Shown here: positions 17,072 through 25,633 of the stretch, in pieces
How the letters are laid out: the number at the start of each line of letters is the position of its first letter
How positions within the stretch are numbered: position 1 is the first letter of the stretch
Assembly (NCBI GenBank): GCA_038203335.1
Contig: JBBRED010000025.1
Span: 1 to 42,861 of the forward strand
DNA length: 42,861 nucleotides
Source: Haliangiales bacterium
GTDB lineage: Bacteria; Myxococcota_A; Polyangia; Haliangiales; Haliangiaceae
Direction: 5' to 3'
Translations under genes and position numbers: made by a program
Notes under the pieces: generated by a model
The model's input: the letters and a program-made list of their open reading frames with translations, nothing else
Databases searched by the model: none
Told to the model about the DNA's origin: nothing

Positions 17072-17817
17072 TTCGCGTCCTGCATCACGAACCGGATCTT
17101 GAAGCCGCGCACGCGCACGGAGACCGGTGCGCCGCCCTTCTCGCCGGGCGAGAACTGGCACTCCTTCAGCGCGGTGATCGCCGCCTCGGTCAGGCCATGC
17201 TCGAGGCCGGAGACCACCTTGATGTCGCGCGCGCGACCCTTCTCGTCGACGACGAGATCGAGGACGACCACGCCCTCGAGCGCGGCGGTCCGCGCTTCGT
17301 CCGTATACTTGCCCGAGCAGCGGCCCTGCGGGAGCGGCATCTTCGTGACTTCGTAGGCGGCGACGGGTGCGGCCACGGGCTTCGCGGCGGCGCTCGTCGC
17401 CGCGCCGGGCGTGGGCGTGGTCGTGTTGCCCACGGGGACCGCGGGGCCGCCGCCGCCGGTGGAGGTCGACTCCATCGTCACGCCGAACACGGGCTGCGCG
17501 GTGGACTCGGTTGCGACCACGGCATGATCCGCGATCGGTACGTCCTTCGCGATCGTATCGTGCACGGTGGCCTGCACCGGCCGCACGACCTTCTCGCGCA
17601 CGACCTTCGGCTCGGGCTTGACCTCGGGCTCCGGCTCGGGGGGCTTCGGCGGCTCGGGCGGAGGCGGCTCGGGCTTCTCGGGCTGGATCACCGTGACCTG
17701 GATCTTGCGGTCGTAGACCGGCGGCGGCCGCGGCGGCAGCGTCGAGAGCGCCTCGCCGAGGGCGAAGTGCCCGAGCACCGAGACGGCCGCACAGATCAGG
17801 ATCCGCTTGTCGATCAC
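17068..17817 (-). CDS. tonB: Energy transducer TonB
   Basis: 249 aa. N-terminal TM anchor ILICAAVSVLGHFAL, Pro/Glu/Lys-rich spacer (PEKPEPPPPEPPKPPEPEPEVKPEPK), and a C-terminal TonB_C-like domain (YTDEARTAALEGVVVLDLVVDEKGRARDIKVVSG...FSPGEKGGAPVSVRVRGFKIRF). It lies downstream of exbB and exbD. Confidence 0.8.
   Translation of the reverse strand: MIDKRILICAAVSVLGHFALGEALSTLPPRPPPVYDRKIQVTVIQPEKPEPPPPEPPKPPEPEPEVKPEPKVVREKVVRPVQATVHDTIAKDVPIADHAVVATESTAQPVFGVTMESTSTGGGGPAVPVGNTTTPTPGAATSAAAKPVAAPVAAYEVTKMPLPQGRCSGKYTDEARTAALEGVVVLDLVVDEKGRARDIKVVSGLEHGLTEAAITALKECQFSPGEKGGAPVSVRVRGFKIRFVMQDAN
17608..17690. repeat. Microsatellite-like GGCTCGGGC/GGCGG repeat encoding the TonB Pro-rich spacer
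   Basis: Direct reading: cggctcgggcttgacctcgggctccggctcgggg ggcttcggcggctcgggcggaggcggctcgggcttctcgggc. Confidence 0.45.
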
Positions 17818-17824
17818 GGCGCGA

Positions 17825-18253
17825 TCACGTCCCCCCGGGCGACACCATCTCGGCCGGATCGATCTGGATCGCGAACGAGGTGATTCCCAGCGACTTGATC
17901 GTATCTAGCACCCACACCACGCGGCCGTGCGAGACGGCCTTGTCGCCGACGATGATCGCCTGGGTCTTGGGATCCTTCGCCACCGCTTCCTTCACCGCCA
18001 AGCGTAGCGCATCGGGCGTGACCTGCGCCGAGTTCAGGTAGAGCGTGCCATCGCGGGTCAGCGTGACCGCGAGCGTCGTCGGTGGAAGCGCCGTGCTCTG
18101 CGCCGCGCGGGGCAGCTCGACCTCGATCGCCTGCTTCGCGATCAGGTGCGCCGTGAGCATGAAGATGATCAGCAGCACGAGCATGATATCGACGAGCGGA
18201 GTCACGTTGATCTCCGCCACGATGCCGCGCCGCCGGGATGCGCCGCCGGCCAT
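17825..18253 (-). CDS. exbD: Biopolymer transport protein ExbD/TolR
   Basis: 142 aa. EINVTPLVDIMLVLLIIFM is the canonical ExbD/TolR N-terminus and TM helix; periplasmic domain with LYLN...IVGDKAVSHGRVVWVLDTIKSLGI. Confidence 0.85.
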   Translation of the reverse strand: MAGGASRRRGIVAEINVTPLVDIMLVLLIIFMLTAHLIAKQAIEVELPRAAQSTALPPTTLAVTLTRDGTLYLNSAQVTPDALRLAVKEAVAKDPKTQAIIVGDKAVSHGRVVWVLDTIKSLGITSFAIQIDPAEMVSPGGT

Positions 18254-18254
18254 C

Positions 18255-18920
18255 TCACGCCTCCTTCGCGGATGCTTCCGGTTCGCGCGCCGTCTTGAGG
18301 TACGCGAGGATCGAGTGCGCGGTGGCCTCGGACGCGGCGACCGAGGTCTCGACGCGACGGATGAACGCGTTGTACGTGGCGACGGCCGGCAGCGCGACGA
18401 GCAGGCCGATGCCGGTGGCGACCAGCGCCTCGGCGATGCCCGACATCACGGCCTGCGTGCCCTGCATCGAGGCGCCGGCGAGGTCGTGGAACGCGCGAAT
18501 GATGCCGAGCACGGTGCCGAACAGACCGACGAACGGGGCGTTGTTGCCGAGCGTGCCGAGGAACGCGATCCGCTTCTCGTGGCGGAGGCGCTCCTCCTCG
18601 AGGATCGCGGCCTTGTGCTCCTCGACGGCGGCCGGGCCGTCGGCGGCGTAGGTCAGGCAGGTGCGCGCGACCGCGGCCTCCATCGATCGCGCGCCCGAGA
18701 GCTGCTTCAGCGCGGCGGCCGGGCCCTTGCTGGTCAGCGTCTTCAGCGCGCTCGCGATCAGCTCGCGGGGCGGACGCTCCTGCACGAAGAACCAGAGGCG
18801 CTCGATCATCACGGCGATCGCGGCGAGGGACAGGCCGAGCATCAGCCACAGCACCCAGCGCGATCCCGCGCGGAGCATCAGGTCGAGGAGCTGGGCGTCG
18901 ATCGTGGTGTCATTACTCAT
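18255..18920 (-). CDS. exbB: MotA/TolQ/ExbB proton-channel protein
   Basis: 221 aa with three TM helices. The conserved segment LGTLGNNAPFVGLFGTVLGIIRAF...GIAEALVATGIGLLVALPAVATYNAF is diagnostic of the ExbB/TolQ family. Confidence 0.85.
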   Translation of the reverse strand: MSNDTTIDAQLLDLMLRAGSRWVLWLMLGLSLAAIAVMIERLWFFVQERPPRELIASALKTLTSKGPAAALKQLSGARSMEAAVARTCLTYAADGPAAVEEHKAAILEEERLRHEKRIAFLGTLGNNAPFVGLFGTVLGIIRAFHDLAGASMQGTQAVMSGIAEALVATGIGLLVALPAVATYNAFIRRVETSVAASEATAHSILAYLKTAREPEASAKEA

Positions 18921-18932
18921 GGCATCTCCTGG

Positions 18933-21494
18933 TCAGAACCGTCCGCGCAGGCCGACGGTGGGAAGCACGTAGCGAATGACCTGGCCCGCGCTGACCTCCT
19001 CGGGGAGGAGCGCGATGTTCGTGACGTCGACGTAGAAGTCGAGCAGCCACTTGCGCCACACGACGCGCTTGTCGACGCGGACGTCGAACCGCACGTAGCC
19101 GGCGGTGCGTGCGGTGTTGTAGCCCGCGGTGGTCGTGACGGGCTTGCCGCTCTGGTACTGCATGCGCACGCCAAGGTCCCAGTTTCTGCGCAACGGCAGT
19201 CCGGCGACGATGTTGACGAGGTGGGTCCGATCGAAGTCGTAGGGAACGTAGCGGCCGTCGCGCAGCCGCTCCGAGCGCGACAGCGTGTAGGAGACCCAGC
19301 CGAAGATCCCGGACTTGGCCTGGCGGCGGAGCAGAAACTCGAGGCCGTAGCTGCGTCCCTGCTGCGGCTTCGTCAGGCGGTCGATGAACATCTGCTGGTC
19401 CATCTCGGTGACGGTCGTCGTCGGGAACAGTGTCGGGTTCGCGTCGTTGACGACCGAGGCGTCGTTGACCGAGAGGTCGAAGATGGTCGGATCGAGACGA
19501 TTGTAGAAGCCCTCGCCGGTGAACTGGAATCGGTTGGTGAGCGGGACCTCGACGCCGAGGCTCGATTGATACGAGCGCAGCAGGCCGTACTTGAGCGGCA
19601 TCAGATCGAGGCCAGGGAGCGGCAGCACGAACCGCGGCGGCTGGTGGTAGACGCCGAGCGAGCCCTTGATCCACACCGCGCTGTCGTCGCTATCCGGAGG
19701 CACGTCCGCGAGGTCGCGGTGCGCGGCCTTGTAGCGGACGGTGAGGCGAGGATCGACCGACTTCGTGGTGGTCTCGCCATCGCGCCACAGGTCCGCGCGA
19801 ACGCCGGGGCGGATCAGCCACTTGTCGGTGGGACGCCAGAGCGCCTCCACGAGCGCCGCGCCGTTGATGAATCGATCGAGCCCGCCGGTGATGATCGCCG
19901 TGGGATCCGATCCCATCGGTCCCTTCTGATCGATGAAGTGGAACGAGCCCTCGACGCCGCCCACGAGCTTGAGCTTCGGGCTCTGCTTCCACGTCAGGTT
20001 GATCGACGGTTCGGCGACGAGCACCGAGAAGTCGGTGCCCTGCGACTGCGAGCGGTCGTAGCCGAGGACGGCGCGATAGATGGTGACCAGCCCGCCGTAC
20101 GTCCGATGAAGTCGGAGATCGAGCCGGTGGAAGCCGAGGATCAGCGAGGGCTCGAGCGGGGGATTCGGATCGTTCGGCGCGGCGGTGGCGGCGGGCGTGT
20201 CCAGCTCGTCATTGGCGCCGAACGCGAAGATCGTCCACCCGTCGTTTGGCGTGCCGCCGTCGAGCCGGAGTTGATAGTCGTAGTAGGTCAACGAGACGCG
20301 GTTCGTCGCGAGGCCGAGCACGAAGCCGGGATAGCCGTAGCGCGCGGCCGCCGTGAGGGTCGCGCCGATCGGCTTGATCGGCTGCCGGACGAGGCCGCCC
20401 GCCTGCAGGAGGTTGGCGTCGAGATCGATCAGGTGCTCGTCACGCCGTGCACGTGCGGTACGGCCGTCGATGATGCCGCCGGTGTATCCGCCGTACGTCA
20501 CCGGTGCGCCGCCCGGATAGAACTGGATCTCGTCGATGAAGTCCGGATGGATCACGCTCGGCCCGGAGAGCAGGTGGTAGAGCAGCGGGACACGGGTCCC
20601 GTCGAGCAGAAATCCCGTGGAGCTCGGGCTCGCGCCGCGCACGATCGGGAATGGCAGCAACGAGATCGCCGATGCCACGCCCGGTAGCGCTTGGACCACG
20701 CGGAACGGATCACCGAACGTTCCGGGGATCTGTTTGATCTCCGGACCGCGGAGCGTGATGCGGGAGACCTCCTCGCGTCGCTGGTCGCCCATGACGACGA
20801 TCTCGTACGGGTCGTATCGGTCGCGCTCGACGTAATAGGTGACGGCGAGCGCCTGCTTGTCGACCATCGTCTCCTGCTGGAGGAAGGGGTTGTGACCCGG
20901 TGCGGTCACCACGACCTTCGCCGCACCGGGTGGCACGGGGAGCTCGAACTTGCCGTGGGTGTCGGCATCGGTCTCGAACCGGCGGTCGCCGATCACCACG
21001 GTGACGGTGGCGCCCGGGACCGGCGCACGCGTGCCGAGCTGGACGAGCTTGCCCTTCAGGATCGCGGTCTTCGCGGGGCCGGTCTCGGTCACGGGCGGCG
21101 GTGGAGGCGGCGGTGGCACGAACGTGTGCGTGAACGTGATCTCCACCGGCACGGGCTTGCCCCCGAAGGTCGCGGGCTGGAACGTGAACGCGCGAGCGGC
21201 GGCAGCGACCGCCTCGTCGAATGGCGGCTGCGGTGGCGTGATCGGATCGATCTTGGTGACGGCGCCGGTCGGATCGACGAGCAGCTTCACCGTGACCACG
21301 ATCGGCACGTCGTGCGCGGGCGCGGTCGCGGGATACGGCACGTCGGTCGAGCCGATCGCCTTCGGCGGCTCGAAGGCCGGCTGCGCATCCTCCGGTGGGA
21401 CGCCGGCATCCGCGGGGGGAACGTCGGCACGTGCCGAGGACGCGACGGCGGCGACCAGCGAGAGCGCGAGGACAAGGCGGGTGATCAGCGCCAT
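18933..21494 (-). CDS. TonB-dependent receptor-family outer-membrane protein with N-terminal TonB_C-like and CarboxypepD_reg domains
   Basis: Track ORF 18933-22067. The real start is MALITRLVLALSLVAAVASSARA (signal peptide) at ATG 21494, overlapping the upstream gene's stop. The domains in order are a TonB_C-like segment (VPYPATAPAHDVPIVVTVKLLVDPTGAVTKIDPI...AAARAFTFQPATFGGKPVPVEITFTHTF), a PPPPPPPP linker, CarboxypepD_reg (GKLVQLGTRAPVPGATVTVV...THGKFELPVPPGAAKVVVTAPGH), a TonB-dependent-receptor plug (EIVVMGDQRREEVSRITLRGPEIKQIPGTFGDPFRVVQALPGV) and a long beta-barrel. Confidence 0.8.
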   Translation of the reverse strand: MALITRLVLALSLVAAVASSARADVPPADAGVPPEDAQPAFEPPKAIGSTDVPYPATAPAHDVPIVVTVKLLVDPTGAVTKIDPITPPQPPFDEAVAAAARAFTFQPATFGGKPVPVEITFTHTFVPPPPPPPPVTETGPAKTAILKGKLVQLGTRAPVPGATVTVVIGDRRFETDADTHGKFELPVPPGAAKVVVTAPGHNPFLQQETMVDKQALAVTYYVERDRYDPYEIVVMGDQRREEVSRITLRGPEIKQIPGTFGDPFRVVQALPGVASAISLLPFPIVRGASPSSTGFLLDGTRVPLLYHLLSGPSVIHPDFIDEIQFYPGGAPVTYGGYTGGIIDGRTARARRDEHLIDLDANLLQAGGLVRQPIKPIGATLTAAARYGYPGFVLGLATNRVSLTYYDYQLRLDGGTPNDGWTIFAFGANDELDTPAATAAPNDPNPPLEPSLILGFHRLDLRLHRTYGGLVTIYRAVLGYDRSQSQGTDFSVLVAEPSINLTWKQSPKLKLVGGVEGSFHFIDQKGPMGSDPTAIITGGLDRFINGAALVEALWRPTDKWLIRPGVRADLWRDGETTTKSVDPRLTVRYKAAHRDLADVPPDSDDSAVWIKGSLGVYHQPPRFVLPLPGLDLMPLKYGLLRSYQSSLGVEVPLTNRFQFTGEGFYNRLDPTIFDLSVNDASVVNDANPTLFPTTTVTEMDQQMFIDRLTKPQQGRSYGLEFLLRRQAKSGIFGWVSYTLSRSERLRDGRYVPYDFDRTHLVNIVAGLPLRRNWDLGVRMQYQSGKPVTTTAGYNTARTAGYVRFDVRVDKRVVWRKWLLDFYVDVTNIALLPEEVSAGQVIRYVLPTVGLRGRF

Positions 21495-22333
21495 GTGATG
21501 CCCACGGTCAACGTGCCTCCGACGTGCGGCCACCACTGGTGGCGCTCGATCGCCTTGCCGGTATCGGGCTCGACGTGGCCACTGTCGTCGACACAACCCG
21601 TCCATTGACCGAGGGCTTCCGCCGCCACCGTGATCTCGGTCCGCGGGCCAAGCACGTATGCGTACTCGCCGCGGACGAGCGTGGCTGCGCCGACGCCGCT
21701 GCAGCTCCTGATCGGCGTGCTCGCGTCGGGGAACGTGTAGGAGCTCTGGATGTCGCCCGGCAGCGGCGTCGCATCCATGCGATTCGAATCCTCGACGATG
21801 CCGCCGAAGCCGAAGCCGATGGCGAGACTGAACGCCGGCGTGACGTGCCACGTGGGATCGAGCGTGCCGGCGAACCGCAGCCCGGCGAGCTGGTTGGTGC
21901 GCGAGGCGGCGGCGTACTCGAACGATGCGATCAACGACCACGTCTCGTCGAGACGCAGCCCGACGCGCAGCGTGGGGCCGAGCAGCCGACCGCTCGGCGC
22001 GCCGCGGAGGCCGTGAAACTCGCCATAGGTCAGGCCGAGTCCGAGACGGAAGCCGGGGTGCGTCCACGCCTGGCGATCTGCCTCGGTCGGCAGTGAGAGC
22101 TTCGGCGGGCCCTCTTCCTCGTCGGTGATCACCGGCTTGTCGCTGGACGGAGCCGGCGCGGTGACGGCCTCCGGCGGCGCGGCGGTGATCGTCGCCGCCG
22201 GAGCCGGGGGCGGAGCCGGGATCGGATCCGGCTCCGGACCTGGAACCGGCGCCGGCGGCGGAAAGATCGGTGGCGGCACGTCGGCGAACGCCGCGTGAGA
22301 CACGAGCACGATGGCGAGCGCACGCCCGATCAT
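21485..22333 (-). CDS. Secreted Pro-rich / beta-rich outer-membrane protein (hypothetical)
   Basis: The probable start MIGRALAIVLVSHAAFA (signal peptide) at 22333 overlaps the upstream stop (ATGA). A Pro-rich stretch is followed by alternating hydrophobic beta-strand-like segments (GFRLGLGLTYGEF, TLRVGLRLDE, LAIGFGFGGIV, GGTLTVGITW). The stop overlaps the TonB-dependent-receptor start by 8 nt. Confidence 0.55.
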   Translation of the reverse strand: MIGRALAIVLVSHAAFADVPPPIFPPPAPVPGPEPDPIPAPPPAPAATITAAPPEAVTAPAPSSDKPVITDEEEGPPKLSLPTEADRQAWTHPGFRLGLGLTYGEFHGLRGAPSGRLLGPTLRVGLRLDETWSLIASFEYAAASRTNQLAGLRFAGTLDPTWHVTPAFSLAIGFGFGGIVEDSNRMDATPLPGDIQSSYTFPDASTPIRSCSGVGAATLVRGEYAYVLGPRTEITVAAEALGQWTGCVDDSGHVEPDTGKAIERHQWWPHVGGTLTVGITWR

Positions 22334-23436
22334 GGCGTCGCCTGCGGGCACGGCCACCAGTCAGGCGGCGTCGCGCGATAGTCCCACTCGGGGTTGTCGC
22401 ACGTCAGCTTGCCCTCATCGCAGCCGAGCAACGTGTAGTGCGTGATGCCCTTGCACGTCTCGTCGGGCCCGGTCGCGATCACGAGCTGGATCTGGCTATC
22501 CGGCGTGCCGGTATCGCCCGAGAGAGAAGGGATGCCTGCACACGCGAACGGACGGGTCGTGAGATCCGGCGACATCTCCGGCGGTTCTCGATAGCGCACG
22601 CTGCTATCGAGGCGGCGCTGCTCGCATCCGACCTCGCGCACCTGAGCGGTAGGGCGCAGGGGAATCTTGACGGTCGTGTCGTCGGGCTTGTCCTCGTGGC
22701 ACGTCGCCGGATCCTGCGAAGGGAGCATGTTGTTCTGCGTTGCCATCACCGCATCGAGGATCGAGAAGCCACCGGCGGAGAGCAGCGAGAACGCGGGGAG
22801 CGGCGCGCCGCAGCCGTGGCGCGGGAAGTAGCCCGTCTCGATGAATGCACCCTCGCGATACCCGAGTCGCGTGTCGGGCTCCGTCATGGCGACGAAGCTC
22901 GCTCCGTAGACGATGTCATTCGTGGGCATGTCCTCCTCCCCGTCGAAGCCGCGCGTCGGTTGGCGGCGCGCGCGCGCGAGCTCGAGGGTGCCGCTGTGAT
23001 CCCGGTCGTCGAAGATGACGAGGCTCGCGTACGCGACGCGTGCGGTGACGCTCCCGAATAGCAGATCCGCGGCGGGAAGCTCGTAGAGCGAGATGTCGGC
23101 GGGCGTGTTCGGCGATAGCGGCACGCCGCTCGTCACCTGGACCGGCGTGAACGACAGCGGATTGCGACAACCGGCGAGCACCGTCGTCGCGAGCTCGGGA
23201 GACTCCGGGGGCACGAAGCACAGCGCTTCGGGCAACCACTGGGTGCCCCACACGACGGCGACCTGGAGATCCTCGTTCACCGCGTTGGGAACGCGCACGG
23301 CCTCGAAGTCTCCGGTCGCCTCCACGTGGATCGTGACCAGGGGCGTGACGTCTCCGGAGAATCCGACGAGGTTGTCGCAGCCGGCGAGGCTCGCGACCAG
23401 GGCGGCGAGGACGGTGGTGCGGATCAAGGCTGCCAT
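22330..23436 (-). CDS. Cys-rich lipoprotein (hypothetical)
   Basis: The real start MAALIRTTVLAALVASLAGCDN (lipobox LAGC) is at ATG 23436; the upstream part of the track ORF is Arg-rich junk. 368 aa with more than 12 Cys and a real-looking composition. Confidence 0.6.
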   Translation of the reverse strand: MAALIRTTVLAALVASLAGCDNLVGFSGDVTPLVTIHVEATGDFEAVRVPNAVNEDLQVAVVWGTQWLPEALCFVPPESPELATTVLAGCRNPLSFTPVQVTSGVPLSPNTPADISLYELPAADLLFGSVTARVAYASLVIFDDRDHSGTLELARARRQPTRGFDGEEDMPTNDIVYGASFVAMTEPDTRLGYREGAFIETGYFPRHGCGAPLPAFSLLSAGGFSILDAVMATQNNMLPSQDPATCHEDKPDDTTVKIPLRPTAQVREVGCEQRRLDSSVRYREPPEMSPDLTTRPFACAGIPSLSGDTGTPDSQIQLVIATGPDETCKGITHYTLLGCDEGKLTCDNPEWDYRATPPDWWPCPQATP

Positions 23437-24020
23437 GCGACCCCCAGCTGTGCGGTCCAGCTCGTGTGGAGCGAGCCGTCGATCACGGCGAGCGACGGAC
23501 CTCCGCTCACGGTGAGTAGCCACGGCCCGATCAGGTGAAGGCCCACCACGGCCTCGAGGTCGCCCGCGGGAACGAGCGCGAACGCCGAGGTCTCGAGCTC
23601 CGAGCCGGTCTTCCCGGCGCGTGCACCCTGGTTGCGGAGGCGAGTCTCGTGCACGAGCGTGCCGCCCAGACCGAGGCGAATGCCGAACGAGCCGCGTCCT
23701 ACATCCTGCTGCGCGGAGCCGGTGAGGCGCATGCGAACGTCGGAGTTCGTGACGGTCCACACCCGGGTCGACTCGGTCGCCGTGACCCACGCTGCTCGCG
23801 CGCCCCAGCGGAACGGACAGGTGCCGAACGTGATCCCCGCTCCGGCCCCCTTCGACATGCCGGTCGGCAGCGCTGTCGGAAATCCGAGCACCAGGCCGCC
23901 ATCGAGCAGGTACGGGCCGCCGGAACGGTATTCGAAGGAATCCGACGCCAGGGTCGGGCCCTCGGCAGCCGCGATACGCGCGGCGAGGAGGCTGGTCAGA
24001 ACCAGCAAACAGCGAGCCAT
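23424..24020 (-). CDS. Small secreted beta-rich protein, possible outer-membrane barrel (first gene of the minus-strand operon)
   Basis: The real start MARCLLVLTSLLAARIAAA (signal peptide) is at ATG 24020; the upstream part of track ORF 23424-24872 is junk. 198 aa with alternating beta-like segments. The lipoprotein gene starts 7 nt downstream. Confidence 0.5.
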   Translation of the reverse strand: MARCLLVLTSLLAARIAAAEGPTLASDSFEYRSGGPYLLDGGLVLGFPTALPTGMSKGAGAGITFGTCPFRWGARAAWVTATESTRVWTVTNSDVRMRLTGSAQQDVGRGSFGIRLGLGGTLVHETRLRNQGARAGKTGSELETSAFALVPAGDLEAVVGLHLIGPWLLTVSGGPSLAVIDGSLHTSWTAQLGVAWQP

Positions 24021-24122
24021 GAGTCTGAAGGTGTGTGCCCGCCGCTCGCGGTTTTCTTCGCTGTTCCTGTGCACGATTGTGGTGAAGGATTCAGCCTCCG
24101 TCGGCACCCCCTCCAGGAACAC
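24021..24122. promoter_or_regulatory. Divergent promoter region between the minus-strand outer-membrane/TonB operon and the plus-strand sigma / anti-sigma operon
   Basis: It is locally AT-richer than its surroundings (ggttttcttcgctgttcctgtgcacgattgtggtgaaggattcag). It contains GGAAC-type pentamers of the kind used as ECF -35 elements on both strands (ccaGGAACac; minus strand caGGAACagcg). No convincing -10 was found. Confidence 0.3.
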
Positions 24123-25040
24123 GTGTCCCACCGGCTCCTCCGCCTCATCGCGCTCGCCCTGACCGTTCCCGCGCGCGCCCGTGCCGAGACGTGTCGGCCC
24201 GCGGTGGAGCTCGCCGGAGAGCCACTGGTGGTCGCGGACGTGTTCGAGATCCTCGGAGCACGTGCCGTGTCGTTCGTGGTCGAACAGTGCGGCGCGATCA
24301 GAGCCCATGTCGAGCGCCGTGGCAACGAGATCGCAATCTCGATCGCGGACCGCGATGGGGTGCCGATCGAACGCGTGGTCAGTGACGCGCGATCGGCTGC
24401 TACGGTCATCGAGTCGTTCGTGCGCATGGATGTCGGCGATCCACTGCTCGCGAGCCGCGCGTTGCCCCCGGAGTCCGCGCCGAGCCTCGGCATGCGGAGT
24501 GATCACGGTGAGGCGGTGACCGTACCGTCGAGGCCGGTCGCGCGCGGCGTGCAACTGTTCAGCGCGTTCGAGACCTCGTATGCGAGTGATCGAACGAGCT
24601 GGGTCGGTGCGCACATCGGCGTCTGCGTGATGTTCGGGCCGGTGTGCGGTGCGGCGCGGCTGCGCTTCGCGAGCGTGGCCAACGGGCCGGGCGTGTGGAA
24701 GGAGCAGATGGAACGCCGGAGCACGGAGCTGCTCGTCGGCATCGATATTCCGCTCGCGATCGGACCGCTGACGATCTCGCCAGGCTTCGCCGCGGGGCTG
24801 GGTCAGATGCACACGCGCGGCGCCACCCACGAGATGCGTGCCGAGACCGGCGGGGTGCGCGCCGACGTGCACGTCGCCCTCTCGATCCCGATCTGGCGGC
24901 GCCTCGCCGTCGACGTGTTCACCGCTGCGGACCTGACGCAGGAGACCCGCGTCGAGTGGGACGACACCATGGAGCCGCTGCCCGACGAGCCGAGATTGCT
25001 CGTACGGTTCGGGGTTGGCCTCCGCTACGGAGGGCTGTAG
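24123..25040 (+). CDS. Secreted hypothetical protein (possibly beta-barrel), co-translated with the downstream ECF sigma factor
   Basis: GTG at 24123 preceded by AGGAAcac, with the signal peptide VSHRLLRLIALALTVPARARA. It is in frame with track ORF 23535-25040, whose 5' part is antisense to the neighbouring gene. The stop TAG overlaps the sigma GTG start. Confidence 0.45.
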   Translation: MSHRLLRLIALALTVPARARAETCRPAVELAGEPLVVADVFEILGARAVSFVVEQCGAIRAHVERRGNEIAISIADRDGVPIERVVSDARSAATVIESFVRMDVGDPLLASRALPPESAPSLGMRSDHGEAVTVPSRPVARGVQLFSAFETSYASDRTSWVGAHIGVCVMFGPVCGAARLRFASVANGPGVWKEQMERRSTELLVGIDIPLAIGPLTISPGFAAGLGQMHTRGATHEMRAETGGVRADVHVALSIPIWRRLAVDVFTAADLTQETRVEWDDTMEPLPDEPRLLVRFGVGLRYGGL

Positions 25041-25633
25041 TGGCGGCGAAGCTCGTACCTCTGCGCCGGATCAGCGGCGAGACCGCGCAGCTCTCCGACG
25101 AGGCGTTGCTCGCCGCGTGCGGGACGGGCGATACGCAGGCGCTCGGCGCGCTGTTCGATCGGTTCCACGAGGTGGTGTATCGGTTCGCCGGCCGACTCGC
25201 GACCACCGACGAGCTCGCGCGGGATGACCTCGTACAGGCGACGTTTCTCGAGCTGCGGCGCGCGGCGGGCTCGTTCCGCGGCACGTCCTCGGTGCGCACG
25301 TGGATCTTCGGCGTGGCCGCCAATGTGGCGCGACACTCGCTGCGCAGCGAGCGGCGGCGGCGCGCGCGGCAGGCGAAGTACGTCGAGCACATGACGGCGG
25401 CACCGATGCAGGTCGACGAGCAGGTCGAGCAGCGCAAGCTCCTCGCGCGCCTCGAGGAGGCGCTGGAGGATCTGCCGCGCGATCTGCAGGTCGCGTTCAT
25501 CCTGTGCGACCTCGAGCGACTGCCTTCGGCAGAGGTCGCGCGCGTGCTCGAGATTCCCGAGGGAACCCTGTGGCGGCGCTTGCACACCGCGCGGAAGCAG
25601 ATGCGCGAAGCGATCGAGAGGACGTCGCGATGA
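25040..25633 (+). CDS. ECF (extracytoplasmic function) RNA polymerase sigma-70 factor
   Basis: The 3' part of track ORF 24644-25633. Region 2 (FDRFHEVVYRFAGRL...DLVQATFLEL) and region 4 helix-turn-helix (LEDLPRDLQVAFILCDLERLPSAEVARVLEIPEGTLWRRLHTARKQM) are present. GTG start overlaps the upstream stop by 1 nt. Confidence 0.8.
   Translation: MAAKLVPLRRISGETAQLSDEALLAACGTGDTQALGALFDRFHEVVYRFAGRLATTDELARDDLVQATFLELRRAAGSFRGTSSVRTWIFGVAANVARHSLRSERRRRARQAKYVEHMTAAPMQVDEQVEQRKLLARLEEALEDLPRDLQVAFILCDLERLPSAEVARVLEIPEGTLWRRLHTARKQMREAIERTSR

Noticed and set aside
16001-17161. 386-aa minus-strand ORF antisense to the TPR gene
   Set aside because: Arg/Glu/Asp-rich junk; the plus-strand TPR protein has coherent repeats and TM helices.
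18045-20687. 880-aa plus-strand ORF across exbB and the TonB-dependent receptor gene
   Set aside because: Antisense shadow ORF; Arg/Asp/Gly-rich with no motifs.
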